DNA from: Octopus bimaculoides
Lineage: Eukaryota
Length of the DNA stretch: 63,933 bases
Direction of reading: 5' to 3'
Assembly (NCBI RefSeq): GCF_001194135.2
Contig: NC_068997.1
Location: 56,766,596 to 56,830,528 of the forward strand
Part shown: positions 1 through 14,506 of the stretch, one piece after another
Layout: each line of letters opens with the position of its first letter
Numbering within the stretch: the first letter of the stretch is position 1
The notes under the pieces: generated by a model
What the model was told of the DNA's origin: nothing
The model's input: only the letters and a program-made list of their open reading frames with translations
Databases searched by the model: none
Program-made: the position numbers and the translations under genes

Positions 1-438
1 CTTAATTAAGAAGGGTATATTAGATTAAGTTGTTGTTGATATATTATGACAGAGGTCAACTGGGTCAAAGACGGATTTGCACGACGACAATAACAACAGC
101 AGCAACAATAATGACAACGACGATAACAACAACAACAACAACAAAAACAGCTGGCTTTGGTTATTGAACTATAAAATGGTTAGGTATTTCTAAAATTAAT
201 TCCATGATAAACGAACGAATCTGTCCTCTCTCAATTGACATAAACCTCACCTTTGAATCAGGAATTCCACGGTGTGCAGCCGTTTGGGCAATAGGCTAAT
301 GCTTTATACGTGGCTTGAACAATATACACACACACGCACAGTATACACAGACACACACACACACACATATACATGCAAATACACACACACACACACGCAT
401 AAATAGAGAGGGAGAGAAAGAGAGAGAGAGTGCGTGGG

Positions 439-783
439 AGCGAGTTCTAAAATTTTCACTTTAAAAACGGACATATTCTATCAAAATTCCTTCAATTCAA
501 GACTAGCCTCTCGGGACTTTCTTTCTATATCGAAATCCAAATTTACCATGGAAGGTTACCAATTCGCAACGATAGAAGATATCACAAAATATTCACTACA
601 AAAATTGTGAACTAACTCCACAAAATGTATTCCAAAATCCCAAAAAGAAAATAGAAAGAAAAATGCATGTAAAAGCGTTGGAGATTGAACCACGGCAATG
701 GAGAGAAATATTTTGTAGGAAACGTGTTTGATTAAGTTACTATGAATGCAATAAACTTGTTCAAATTTTAAAGGACACACGTA
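439..783 (+). mobile_element. Mariner transposase C-terminal remnant with right end
   Basis: Frame reads RLASRDFLSISKSKFTMEGYQFATIEDITKYSLQKL*, resembling mariner DLAPCDFFLFPKLK..MKGRRFATIEEIK. Ends in ggacacacgTA, like a mariner TIR end at a TA target. Stops and frameshifts are present. Confidence 0.7.
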
Positions 784-919
784 TGTATGCAAGCACACAC
801 GCGCATACCCATACAAAGGACATATACGCATATACACACCTACACATATATGCACACATTTCTACATATATGTATAACACTGGGCATTGAGACTTATATT
901 TCCAGGCAAGTTTCTGTGA

Positions 920-951
<32 letters not shown>

Positions 952-1319
952 ACGTGTCTCTTTGCGTGAGTGACTGCACATATAGCATGTCGAATTTAAA
1001 AAGAAGCTTCGAATGAAATATGTTTGATAAAAACACATTTAACAGACGTCTGCACACATATCTATACAGTGAAGCACACGCTGATACTCCAGTTTATGAT
1101 AATATAACCTCCTGGCGGGGACGCTGTCTCCGCCGCTGTTGCTGCGACTCATTGATTAGTGAACTGGATTATTTGAGAAAAATATGTCCGAGGATTGGAT
1201 TGTTACAAAATGGCATATTAAAAAACAAAACAAAAAAACCTGCACAAAACACAAAGAACTATAAGTTAAGATATACACAATAGTGTATATATGTGTGTGT
1301 ATGTATTATATAGCATATA

Positions 1320-1350
<31 letters not shown>

Positions 1351-2646
1351 CGTTCATATATACATATATATGTATGTCTCTATACATACATACGTATGTA
1401 GCTATGTACGTACATACAGACATAGCATAAACCGTTATATACAGAGATAGAAAGAGAGTACTGCTATATCTTCACAGCAATAATGCAATAAAAAAAACTA
1501 TCTTCCAAACTGGAATGAAATCAATTCAGTGAATTTGTGGCTAACTTTAAATATGTCTATTTATTTGCGAAGATATCTGCTAATTTTATCGAACTTCATT
1601 CCGACTATGTGTCATAAAATGGTAACAATTCCAATATCAAATAAAATATCAGGTTGTTTGTCTCTAGATTCTGTAGAGAAGTTCTTTTAATAAATGGTAG
1701 AAGTGAAGTTGGAATATGTATAAGATCTTGTCAATGGATCTCGGACGGATACGCACAGGCAAACGATGTTCTGATGTTGTTGGTGTTGTTGTTGATGCTA
1801 TTGTTGCTATTGCTGTTGCCGCTTTTGAGGTTGTTGTTACTGGAGTTGTCGTTGCTTTTGCTACATTGTTAAGTTAAATGTAAAGACATAGAGCTGCATA
1901 CGTCCATTGATTCGTAAATACATTCACCCATACACACACATTTATATGTTTGTAGGGATGTATGTATGCATATGTCTCTTTAGTTACATATAGATGTACT
2001 TTTACACACAGACATATTCATATATAGATGTGTATATGCACGCACATACACACACACACACACACGCACATGCACACATGTATGTATGCTTGTGTGTGCC
2101 TATGTATTCTGATATACAACACACAGAGACACATAGAGACACACACACAAACGGCCTTACGCACATAGAGACGCCTATGTAGATATGTATATAAATACAT
2201 ATGCGTATATAATATAACTGATACATGCACTCATGCATACAGCTGCACACAAATACGCATATACTCTTCCATATGTGTCTGAGTGCATTCTTATGCTAGC
2301 CGGAACGTGTGCATCCACATACATTGCTCGTTGCTGATAAAGAAGATAAAGAGAATGAAAGAGGAACATTCCGATAAGATATTTTTCATTTCATTATCAT
2401 CTCTGGAGTAGCATTTGAAAACAACAATCATATCAAGCAGAATTTACTATCCAAATCACAGACAGATAGCGATAATACCTTGCCAGCAAGTACCATATCC
2501 ACAACACACTTTGCAAAAACAAAATACAAAATAGCGCCTTTAAATGTTTGTATTTCAGTGGTGGAGCAATACTGTCGGAAATCTCAAAGAGAGAGCTTAA
2601 TCTACATATCTATACACACATGTGTCTTCATATATATATATATATA

Positions 2647-3110
2647 NNNNNNNNNNNNNNNNNNNNNNNNNNNNNNNNNNNNNNNNNNNNNNNNNNNNNN
2701 NNNNNNNNNNNNNNNNNNNNNNNNNNNNNNNNNNNNNNNNNNNNNNNNNNNNNNNNNNNNNNNNNNNNNNNNNNNNNNNNNNNNNNNNNNNNNNNNNNNN
2801 NNNNNNNNNNNNNNNNNNNNNNNNNNNNNNNNNNNNNNNNNNNNNNNNNNNNNNNNNNNNNNNNNNNNNNNNNNNNNNNNNNNNNNNNNNNNNNNNNNNN
2901 NNNNNNNNNNNNNNNNNNNNNNNNNNNNNNNNNNNNNNNNNNNNNNNNNNNNNNNNNNNNNNNNNNNNNNNNNNNNNNNNNNNNNNNNNNNNNNNNNNNN
3001 NNNNNNNNNNNNNNNNNNNNNNNNNNNNNNNNNNNNNNNNNNNNNNNNNNNNNNNNNNNNNNNNNNNNNNNNNNNNNNNNNNNNNNNNNNNNNNNNNNNN
3101 NNNNNNNNNN
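2647..3110. other. Assembly gap. Other gaps: 15311-15566, 31043-31361, 35280-36075, 36975-37796, 42717-42764, 45925-46377, 53253-53707, 54477-54494
   Basis: N runs, nearly all flanked by (TA)n, (TG)n, (GA)n or triplet tracts, as expected for short-read scaffolding. Confidence 0.99.
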
Positions 3111-3148
<38 letters not shown>

Positions 3149-3226
3149 TATACATACATATATGGATGTATATATATATATATATGTATGTATGCATATA
3201 TATATATATATATGTATGTATGTACG

Positions 3227-3260
<34 letters not shown>

Positions 3261-5070
3261 TGTGTCTGTGTGTCTGTTGCGTATATATGTGTATGTATAT
3301 ATATACAGATATAGATATACATATACATAAACATATACATTTACATGCATACATACGCATAGACGCATGGACATATGTTACTTAGAAGAAAAAATATATA
3401 TAACAGAAAAACCTAAGCACACATATACGTCTGTTATCTCGCCTATAAAGATTCCAAAACTTTAAGGAATCTACCGTAATGGAAGAAAGTATATTAATAT
3501 TCCATAACAAGTATTTGGGTTTCATTCGAATCAATAATAATTTCTTATGATTTTTCTATAATCTGAAGATTGCATGTTGATGAAATCTTTACTGCTAAAA
3601 CCAACATCTCGTTCCATCTGATATAACAGCATAGAGACTAACGTTTGTTTCATTAGAAACCAGCTGTAGAGTCTGATAAACATTTACCATAAAACATACT
3701 TCTCTTATTGATTATTTAGCAGTTTTGTAATGTCATGTCATGCATTAATGTAACCCAATTTACACACAGAAACACACACAGCGACACATACACACACGCT
3801 CTCACATACACACAGACACGCGCGCATGCTCACACACATAGATGCACACGTACATAGACACAGACGCACATAAGTTTTAAGCCTCCCTTTTGGGTGAAAG
3901 GAGAATGGAAATATTTTAATCTATACCGTTGCCGTTCAATGAAAAAGGTGTAAGTCTCCTGACGGACTGCTTCACGGCTTGTTGTCTTCTCCCCAGAGAA
4001 ACAGTCCCGTCTTTCCCCGCCAATTTGTAGCAGTGTTCAGTTACTATACAGCGCAGCCATTATATAGGATAGATTAATTATATATTTGTGTATTTAACAA
4101 CGTTTCGTTCCTATCTACACTTATTTCAACCATCGGATGAGGATCTATAATATTTTAATATACATTTACCTTTTTCTAATTCACGCAGTGTTGAGAATGA
4201 GATAAACACACACACACACACATACACACACACAAGCACACATACACATACGCGTGCACAGGCAAGTACTTACGAAGTTGCAATGAAAAGAATTAACTCA
4301 ATGGGAAGCAGCTCATGACTTCCTCAGCAAATGGCAAATGATTCAACGGAACTCTATCGATATCGCCTGATTCAATGACTTATCTTTTTTTCCCCTTTCT
4401 CTCTGTATACGGAAAACTGAATACAGAGACACACATTTATAATTGTCAGAGAACAAGGATGGCGCAGATGATTTGCGACAGTCATTTACATTTTTCACCA
4501 AACAGAAGATATAAGAGGCAATATAACAGAATTGTTTACTGCACAATTAATGAATTAATCTAAATAAACATACAAAGTAAGTTTTATGCTAGCTGCACTA
4601 ACCACTAGAGAAATTTCACAAAGTTTTATGGTTAAACACTGCTAGCAGCTATATGTAGCTCTTTCGGTAATTCAGCTGCCATTTGTTTCATGCAAGAATT
4701 CGTCAATATTTCAAACTATTCTCCTGGCATCTTTTCTTTCTGTCCACCTAGAGAAAGACAAAATACATTATCATTGTCAAAGTACAGTCACGGCTGTGTT
4801 ACTGCGCGCACACACACATCCATATGTAACGCCACACCTATACGTGTATAACTACACAGGCATGCATATACACATACATGCAGACTCATACATGCGTATA
4901 TAAAAAAAGCAAAGAATCCTTGTATCAATGATTAAACTCCACTTTTGCGTAAGTCCGTTATGCATGAAGCAACGAGCGAGCTACTATATGGTCACCCAAT
5001 CGGCCAGACGCTTAAACAATATCAATTGCAATTGATATGGTTGCGTCAATGCCTTTAACACAAATGTAGG

Positions 5071-5445
5071 TACGTGATGCGTTCCAGAACTTTTGAGACT
5101 TCTTCAGAAGAGACATTTGTTAACTTCAAAGAAGTACGAAACTATTCTTCTTCAAACAAGCTTCGTCTCACTTCAATGCACTTGTTTTCATGTTCCATCA
5201 CTCCGTGACAGGCCTTAGGGAAATCCTCTAAAGTGAAGGAGCTGTCAAAGACTCCTTCATCTTCTAAACAACCTCCCCCTGAGATGCTCCTTCAGTTTGG
5301 GGTACAACAAAAAGTCACAAGGAGCAATGTCTGGATTGAAGGAAGGGTAAAGGACAGTTTTGACGCCAATCTCTGGCAAGTAGTTGGTTACCGGGTTAGA
5401 ATTGTAACAAGCAGTGTTTACTAGAGTGTGTCCAAAGTGCTATTC
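5071..5445 (-). mobile_element. Mariner transposase C-terminal remnant with terminal inverted repeat
   Basis: Minus frame NSNPVTNYLPEIGVKTVLYPSFNPDIAPCDFLLYPKLKEHLRGRLF matches the mariner YSPDLAPCDF motif region. TAcgtgatgcgttccagaactttt at 5071 is TIR-like. Confidence 0.85.
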
Positions 5446-5515
5446 AACCGTTTCCATTAATCTGGAATATAGAAGTTGGCAGGTCAGATTCTTAGATGTA
5501 TGGTAGTGATATACT

Positions 5516-5730
5516 TTTCTACTCTAGGCACAAGGCTGGAAATTTTAGTGGAGGGCGGGCAGTCGATTAGATCGACCCCAGTACAGAACTGGTACTTAAT
5601 TTATCAACCCTAAAATGATGAAAAGCAAAGTCGACCTCGGCGGAATTTGAACTCAGAACTTAAAGGCAGACGAAATACCGCTAAGCATTTCGCCCGGCGT
5701 GCTAACGTTTCTACCAGCTCCTCGCCGCCT
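5516..5730 (-). mobile_element. Full-length tRNA-derived SINE (Octopus type, Meta-domain-like core) with 17-bp target-site duplication
   Basis: Minus strand has a tRNA-like head (aggcggcgaggagctgg...gagttcaaattcc) and core gaggtcgactttgc..tcat..gggttgataaattaagtaccagt. Flanked by identical tatggtagtgatatact at 5499-5515 and 5731-5747. Confidence 0.9.
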
Positions 5731-5981
5731 TATGGTAGTGATATACTAAAATACCAGTAATCTACGACCGTTATAACTGCCTCTCTCAAAAAGGTCTCAA
5801 AACCTCTGGAATGCACCACGTAGAAACTTGCACTTTCTTGTATATTTCCGTACGGTAACATCCATAATTCCTTTCGTGAAAACGATGACTTTTCACCTTC
5901 GATGATGAGATCACAATAAATGCGAAACATTTTCCTCCTGTATTTGCTACCAAATGTAAAGAAAGATTAGTTTTAGATTTT

Positions 5982-6183
5982 AGCACATGGCCAGCAAGTT
6001 TGGGAGAAAGGGTCAGTCAATTACATCGACCTAAGCATTCAACTGGTACTTATTTTATCGACCCAGAAGGGATGAAATGCAAACTCGACCTAGGTGGAAT
6101 TTGAACTCACAAGTTAAACACGGATGAAATGCGGCCAAGCATTTTATTCAGCGTGCTATCCATTCTGCCAGCTCGCTGTCTTA
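5982..6183 (-). mobile_element. SINE, same family, degenerate
   Basis: Shares aactggtacttattttatcgacc...gacct.ggtggaatttgaactc...tgcta...tctgccagctcgc with the 5516-5730 copy. Confidence 0.85.
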
Positions 6184-6202
6184 ATGTATCATTATACATA
6201 GA

Positions 6203-6316
6203 TTTCAAATTTTGGCACAAGGCCAGCAATTTTGCGGGAGGGGTAAATCGATTATATCTACCTCACCGTTCAACTGGTACTTATTTTATCGACCCCAGCG
6301 GAATTTGAACCCAGAA
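6203..6316 (-). mobile_element. SINE, same family, partial with internal deletion
   Basis: ggcacaaggccagcaatttt...aactggtacttattttatcgacccc/agcggaatttgaacc matches family copies in this window. Confidence 0.75.
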
Positions 6317-8379
6317 GAATTATTATATATTAACACCTAAACACCATTCAGTTTATTAACTACACTATACTACTATATTAATCAATTGGTATATCTGTTA
6401 CTATCAAATATATTATTTTCTAACCTCATATCTTTTAAACTTTACTAATGTTCTAATGTATTAAATATATTAGCACCTAGAAACGCTTCAATTTAATAGC
6501 ATTACTATACTCACGAGAGTGTGACTAAAGTTACATATTTTATACAATAGACATAACCTATTTTAAATAGTAATAACGATTATATATATGTGTGTGTATG
6601 TGTGTGTATATATATAAACATATATACACACACATACATACATATATACATACATACATGCATGCAAAGGTTATGTTAAAAGTATACACTAACGCAATTA
6701 AAGTATACACACAGTAAATACAAAAATTATATGATATTGAAATAAATTCGTCTATTTTCCTAAAGCTCTGTCCCCATTTAGTGTAATTAAACGATAATTA
6801 AGCGATAGCAATTTAAAATGACATGTTCTGCTTAATTGAACTCCTTGAATTCTGTTAATTATCTATTTTATTAATGATATAACGGTATTGCCAATATTTG
6901 CCTACAGAAATAAGTCATTGAACTATATAACATCGAAACTAAGAAAATCAGCTGACCGCACCTTCGCTACACTTTCACCAACCCAGATTTGAGAGTAGAA
7001 ATCCACCGCGAGTCGTACCTGAGGGTTACGGGTTTTTGGCAGTTACAATGTTTTCATAACACTGAGTGCCTGTGTTTCTCCAATATTATTGATATTGATG
7101 TCTGTGTATCATTATCAAATATCCTGCCCTATTTTAACAAAAATACTAAAATGCAGCAGTTCATGTATAAATATACATATTGATAAACATAAAACTACTT
7201 TACACATCTAACGTCCTCCACCAATATTAGATCTCACTTAACTAAATTAAAAATTGGCAAACCTTTTTTCTTTTAAATAATTTTTCTTTTTATCTTATTT
7301 AATATTTTAAAATGTTCTTTTTCTTTTATTTTATGTCCTCCTCTCTGCTAAGACAAGTTGGTATCAGATTATAAATTAAAAAGAATCGTTCTAAGATTAT
7401 ATGGAGAGACTAGTCGCGAAACCATCTTTTTTTTAGTTAGAAAAGATCAATAGGTGATTAATAGTTCATAGATTGTGGAAACATTTTTCGTTTCTTGCTT
7501 TGTTCTTTCTTTAATGGTTCTATTAGAAGTGAAGTTGTATTTTAATGGTAATGTTGTTATTGAAGTCTGATAGATGTTGGCCTATGTATTTATGTTCTTA
7601 TTTTGTTTTTTATATTTCAGTTCAGATATCTATGAATATTTTATTACTAATTTATGGGAAACATGCATGAAAGAGATTGTTTAGGTTGGTGTTTTATAAA
7701 AAAACATTATATATATATATTTAAAGGAAAATATGTAGTGGCAACGAAATGGTTTTAAAAGCTATTTATTTGAAAGCCATTTAAAATGTAATAATAATCT
7801 TTGGTGCACTAACTAGAGAGTAGGTGGGTTGCTGTTTTGATAAAAGGCAGACATGTTCTACCACATAATTGATGAGTTTATGTGGCTTAGACGATGAAAT
7901 ATATACATATATAAAAAATATAAAGAAGTGAAACATCGAGACTCAAAAGAGGCACTGGAATATTTTGGGTAACAAACAAAACAGGAGCTTTAGACAGAAT
8001 ATTAAAATCACTGTATAGGATAGGTGTGTTTACTGTGGCAATAACCTTACAGCTTGCATTTTCTTTTATACCACATATCTCAAGTAGTGATCTGTATACT
8101 AATTACAACAAAGGTAGGGCCTCAAATATGTAATGAGTTGAAAAAAAAACCCAGGTGAATTAAAATCATTCAAGCAATACTTATTATTTAGAAGCAGTCA
8201 TCCCAATTTGCTGAAATAAATATGCACATTTTACAATTTCTGCAGACTGATTTTCCTCATTTATACGATGAAAACAGGTTAGAAAATATGTTGCTATGAA
8301 CCAAAGTAAATGATGAACGCCACAACAGTTAGTCTACACCACAGGTTTCTTTTCTTGGATGCCATGTCTTAAGATCGGG

Positions 8380-9000
8380 GATCGAGGGTACCAAACGTCT
8401 TGATAGACACCAGTTCGGAAAGCACCATCCTATTTGTAGTTATTACTTGAACTTGCATCAGGGGGATCACTGATCAAAGTTCATGCAAGCCCCCAATTTA
8501 AAGACGAAATACCAGGATTTGTAATCCTGTCTAAGATGAGAAATTTTTACAAGAGATTCACCAGAGATTCTATGTGTTCTGGCATCTTTAACAACTTTGA
8601 GATTCCACTTGAAAACGACTTGCTTAAAGCATGCGAGGCCCCAGGTAAATGTCAAGGCCCAACAATCAGACAGTGGATTTAACAGGAATATGATGGAATA
8701 CTCTGGACTACCAAGAGGCTGCCAACAAAAGGAAATAGGATTTATAATTGAACAATTTTAATTTTATGGTTTTGTGGAAGAGATTAAAATGTTTTGTCGG
8801 TGTCAAGTGTCAAATGAAACCTCACTGGTGCTGCTAAAGTTCTCAGGCTGGAAGAGACATTAGCAAGTCTCAAAGGATAACAACTACTGGAAAGATTTTA
8901 CTACGAAAGCTATGTCATGCGTCCCTGACGAGGGAGAGGCGCCTCATGAGTTTTGGAGAGACAGAAGCAAGCGTTGACATGTACTGTTTTAGGGTAATGA
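8380..9000 (+). mobile_element. Possible highly degenerate LINE reverse-transcriptase remnant
   Basis: Locally higher GC. Only short motif-like pieces (VDLTGI*WNTL resembling VDLTKAFD; SGLPRGC resembling xGVRQGC), with no long frame. Confidence 0.2.
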
Positions 9001-10159
9001 GGGAATGCTCCCAAACAGGTTAGAATAGTTAGTTATCCACTCAGATCCCTCTACACTAGGATTCACCGGACTTCGTATTGAACCCACCTTTACACTACTG
9101 TTAAACCAGTTTGAACACCAAATTATACGACAACTAATGTTGCATAATTACCTCTATTTTACAATCATCTTGTCCTCTACTCACCACCATCACCCCACAA
9201 TGTCAACAACAACAACAGCAACAAGTGCCACAAGCGAAACCCCGGATACACGAAAATGAATGCTGTTAAATAAACCTGTTACACTGCATGCTGTCTAGAA
9301 ATATAAACCATAAACAACCATTATTAGAAATAATATCATTTTTATGGAAACTAAACATTTTAAATGGCGACCTCTCTCCGGGACGAAACAAATTTTCACA
9401 CACACACATACATATTTATATAAATTCAAACACATGTAAATATGTCTTTGTATATATATGTACATGCATATACGTTTATATACAGTAATATATACAAACA
9501 TATACATCATTTACATGTATAAAACCACAAACAGATGTGCAGGTATGCATCTATACATCCATCCATTCATATACACGTACATACATACACACACATACAC
9601 CTACATACAAATACATATTTATCGATGTCTGCAGCAGTTTGCGTGTGTATATAAATATTCATATATATGCATTTATATAAAAGTATAAATACACACACAC
9701 ACATACACACACATATATCTGCATGTCTGGGTATGTGCGTGCTTCTATCACTCTGCCATTGAGTATGTGGGGCTGACTTAATCTTTCTATAATTCAGTAA
9801 TTGTGAACAGAAATAAAATTACTTACATATTTTTATAGCTATAAAATATAATTTATTCCGATTTTCTCAAAATTAAGATGCACAGATTTAGTGACTTAGC
9901 GAGAATCTCTATTCTGTTCAGTGTCCTGTTAAGATATCAAAAATGTAAATCAGCCAAATTCTCTGTGTAATCATTCATACATGGATATTTTACATAGAGC
10001 AACATTAGTAGCTTCAAGAGGAGAGCCTACGTGCTCACTTCACCCTTCTCCTCTCAACCTTTCTACCTCTCTCTCCTATAAACTACCTTTTTCTCTCAAT
10101 CTCTATCTCTCAAATCACTCCTTCCTTCTGTCATAGGTGTTGTGTCTCATTACTCATTC

Positions 10160-10760
<601 letters not shown>

Positions 10761-11769
10761 ATAAATTATTTGTGCCCCTGTGTGTGTGCATGCGTATCAC
10801 ATTCTGTTTCACTTCACCTTACTTTAATAAATATGTAAATACCTTTATTTACATATCATGTAAATAATAATTCCTAAGATGTACCATAAATGGAAGCAAA
10901 TTCTTTGGGTGTTTAACTTCGAAAAATGTCTGCTTTTTGACAGCTTATTGGTGATTTGAGATAATTTGAATATATTTCATATTATGATGGTGTGGAGTAC
11001 TTGCAGGAATATAACAGAAAACCATAAGACTGGAATAAAGAGTTCTATGACAAGAAACATGGTTTTCAATTGTTGAAAGTTACGTTCTATGAACTAATTT
11101 AATGCTTGTTGACTAACTCTCTTTATGTTCAGGTGGAACCGTGCTTTCAGTAGTGAAAACTACTTGTCATCTCCAGACGTCGAAGATGACAACCGCAGGC
11201 TTCTTAATGTTTATCCAAAGTTCTATACAATATATTTACATGTACCATCGTACACAGTGTTTTAGTGTAGCATTTCAACTTTGATATTTTCCCGATGACC
11301 ACTGGCTGTTGGGGCGGTTCTTGTGCAGATAATATTATAACCGTCGATCATCAACAAAGTCTAGAGCTGAATTTATCTATCATTTATTTTTCACCTGGCG
11401 TAAGGCCAATCTTTGTGAAGAAGGATCATCATTGAGTGAATTGGCTGAAAACATTTTACAGCAGTTATATTGGTTGAGCCAGGAGGCATAGAATTCTATT
11501 CCAAAGTTTGAAATCGGTAAATTGAAGTCTGACAGTATTGAGTCAAAGACATAGGCTAGCAAACTGACATTTCTGCTGCCAGCATTTTTAGAGATGGAAA
11601 TTATATGTCTTTTGTTGTTGTTGTTGTTTTCAATTTTCTAACCGGTATCTCCGCTGTCTGAGTTCAAATATCACTGAGGTCTAATGTCCATTTAATCGCT
11701 TTGTGGTATCTAAATATAATACAAGCCAAGTATTGCGGGAGATTTTCCTTATTTGTCCCGCAAACTTAT

Positions 11770-12060
11770 AATATACTTAAAAAGGGTATATATAGTTATT
11801 AATCAATTTTACTTAATTAAAAAACAAATGGACGCATTGGAGGAAATCTTTTGAACTTTTTGTGAATTTTGGAGAGACTATAAAATACAAGTGTTCTTCT
11901 TTTTGACCGTAAAATCTTGGATTCGGCCTTATTAATGATATTGTTTTCTTTCATTTCCGGAATTATTTTGTCAAGTTCTCTGTTATTGGACAGGTAATTC
12001 TTCATATGAAGTTTCGTCACTTAAAATTTCTTCACAAGCAGAAACATACTCACTTTTGTC
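11770..12060 (-). mobile_element. Penelope-like element (PLE) reverse transcriptase N-terminal remnant
   Basis: ORF 11817..12020 ends FYSLSKIHKKFKRFPPMRPFV, matching the PLE RT motif FYxLPKIHK..PxRPIV. Confidence 0.7.
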
Positions 12061-12506
12061 TATAATTACATAAATACATAATCATCCGCCATTTTAATAA
12101 CGGTCGTCGAATCATTATTAGCGAGACGACGGAGTGTCGTAATGCAGGGAATTTGTGGGGTTATTCCAGGACTTCTTACCAATTGTTTTGAGACTTTCCT
12201 TAATACTTGTCTGACAAGATTTTTCTTATCTATTCTTGTTTTTCTCTTTTTTTTTTCATTTTTTTTCTCTTTTTCTGGTTGTAAACTTGAAAATTAAAAT
12301 ACGATAATGTCATTCTATCAACGTGAGAACGCTGGGTGTTCAAATTTTTAATTTGAATCTCTATGTATCACTTTTCATTTTGAACATAACAAAGACAGGC
12401 AAGCTGTCGAAATATCGTTCAACAAATGAAATATCTATTGCAATCACATCGCGCTCTTCGTATTGTCTATCTAACTTTGTGAGGAGTTACGTCAATCCTT
12501 TTAGAA

Positions 12507-12507
<1 letters not shown>

Positions 12508-12558
<51 letters not shown>

Positions 12559-12583
12559 GCCATCATCACCATCATCATCATCA
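12508..12583. repeat. (TTA)n followed by (CAT)n microsatellite
   Basis: Directly visible. Confidence 0.95.
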
Positions 12584-13340
12584 TACGGAATTAATAATAA
12601 TGAAACAAAGATTTCTTATTTCACAGTATTTCCGAGACAATTAATCTTAATGAAGACAATTTCTGTTTAATTAACTCATTAGAATTATTTAAGAAGTAAC
12701 TTGTCAGCACTAAATTCAATTATTCTATAACGAAGTCCATCTTGGAGACATATCCTTATTGAAAGACAGAACCAGAATGCAGGGAATAACCAGGTGATCT
12801 CGGCTGTTTAGTTTAGCAGCAGCGCTTTCATCAATCATTTCTATGGAAGATTAATACTGAGAGATATTCGTTTTTTGTTTTGGTTGTTGCATAGAATTTC
12901 AAGTCAATCCCGACAACAAATACAAGGAAGAACATTATAAAAAACGAAACAAACAAACACACACTTACACCCATAATGAAACACATACAGACGTGCAAAA
13001 AAACAATTAAATTTTAAAATTTGACAATATTTCAGTATTCTCAACCTTGTATAATTAATCTAAAGGAGTTCTCTCAATGAATGCGTAAAAAGAAAATAAA
13101 AAATGACTTCTTTTGTACCATATTCTGCTTCCGTGTATAACCGAAAGTTCTCACGAGAAACGTATGTTCCTTAGAATACGCTGTCTGTTGATTGCGATTA
13201 ACAAAATTTTGTTAAAGACTGAACGTCTTGGGTTAGTAAGTCGAATACACCACCACACCATAATAAATATTTCACTCTAACTATTGAGTATTTGGAACTT
13301 TTTTCTTATCACATGTAGCTTACTACATGTGCATATATAC

Positions 13341-13382
<42 letters not shown>

Positions 13383-14298
13383 CCCTTTAGATTTTCTTTC
13401 GATCTCTCCGTTTTATTTTCTCTTTCTTTGTTTCTGTCTTTATCTGCTTCTGACTCCGTTTACCTATGTGTCTGTCTCTCTCTCTTTCTCCCCCTCTCCC
13501 TGTGCCTCTCATTCGCTCTCAGTAACGATTACGTTTGGACAGTACCCCACATATGAGCCCTTTCTTTAGAAATGGACCAAGGTTGCGCGAAGCTCAATCG
13601 GTTTTCATAGATAAACCTGTTACGGTATAGGAACTGTCCAATAACTTACTATTACTAGCATAGAATGAAATAAAGAGCCACGAAGACGTATCTAAATATA
13701 TACACACGACAATAAACAACATATGATACACAAAGAACACAAACAAAATAGATACATCCATGTCTATTTAAAGATATTTTGCATGGATCACATCTTTTAT
13801 CAATTCTCAGTCGCACAATAAACACACATACAGACACAAACATTATCACACACTATTATCCATTCACAAGACATACATACACAAAAATTAATCTTACAAC
13901 AAATGGTCGTACCCGCTCACACACATGCGTGTACGAAAACAAATATATTTCTTGTCTCATAAACAAACTCCAACTTACAGAATTCGAAGCGTATCAATGT
14001 ACAATCCCTCGTGATTTTTAGGGAATTTTAAGAAAGAATGTTGCTACAACGATAAAATACAGAAACTATTATTTCAGTTTGTAATTTACTATTATTAGTT
14101 GGAGCTAAACTGACACTAAAACTTGTCATAGAGTATTCTTTCTTGAACATTGTTGCTTATCTTAAATCTTCAGTTACAGAACTGAAGTATAACTCAGTAA
14201 GCTGCAATTAAAATTATCGAGATTTGAAGACCTGGTTTTATTGATTTCTGTTGCAATAATGGGACTTTACAACTAAAGCTACGGGTTTCATAATACCG

Positions 14299-14506
14299 GT
14301 TTCAAATTTTGGTAGAAGGTCAGTAATTTCGGGAAGGGGTTAAGTCGATTACATGGAGTCAAGTGCTCAACTAATATTTATTTTATCGTTCCCAGAGGAT
14401 TAAAGGCAAAGTGGACCTCAGCGGAATTTGAATTCAGAACGTAAAGGCGGACGTAATGCCACTAAACATTTTGCCCCGCGTGCTAACGATTCAGCTAACT
14501 CGTTGC
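14299..14506 (-). mobile_element. SINE (Meta-domain-like family)
   Basis: aaaggcaaagtggacctcagcggaatttgaattcagaacgtaaaggcggacg...cgtgctaacgattc matches 5516-5730. Confidence 0.85.
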
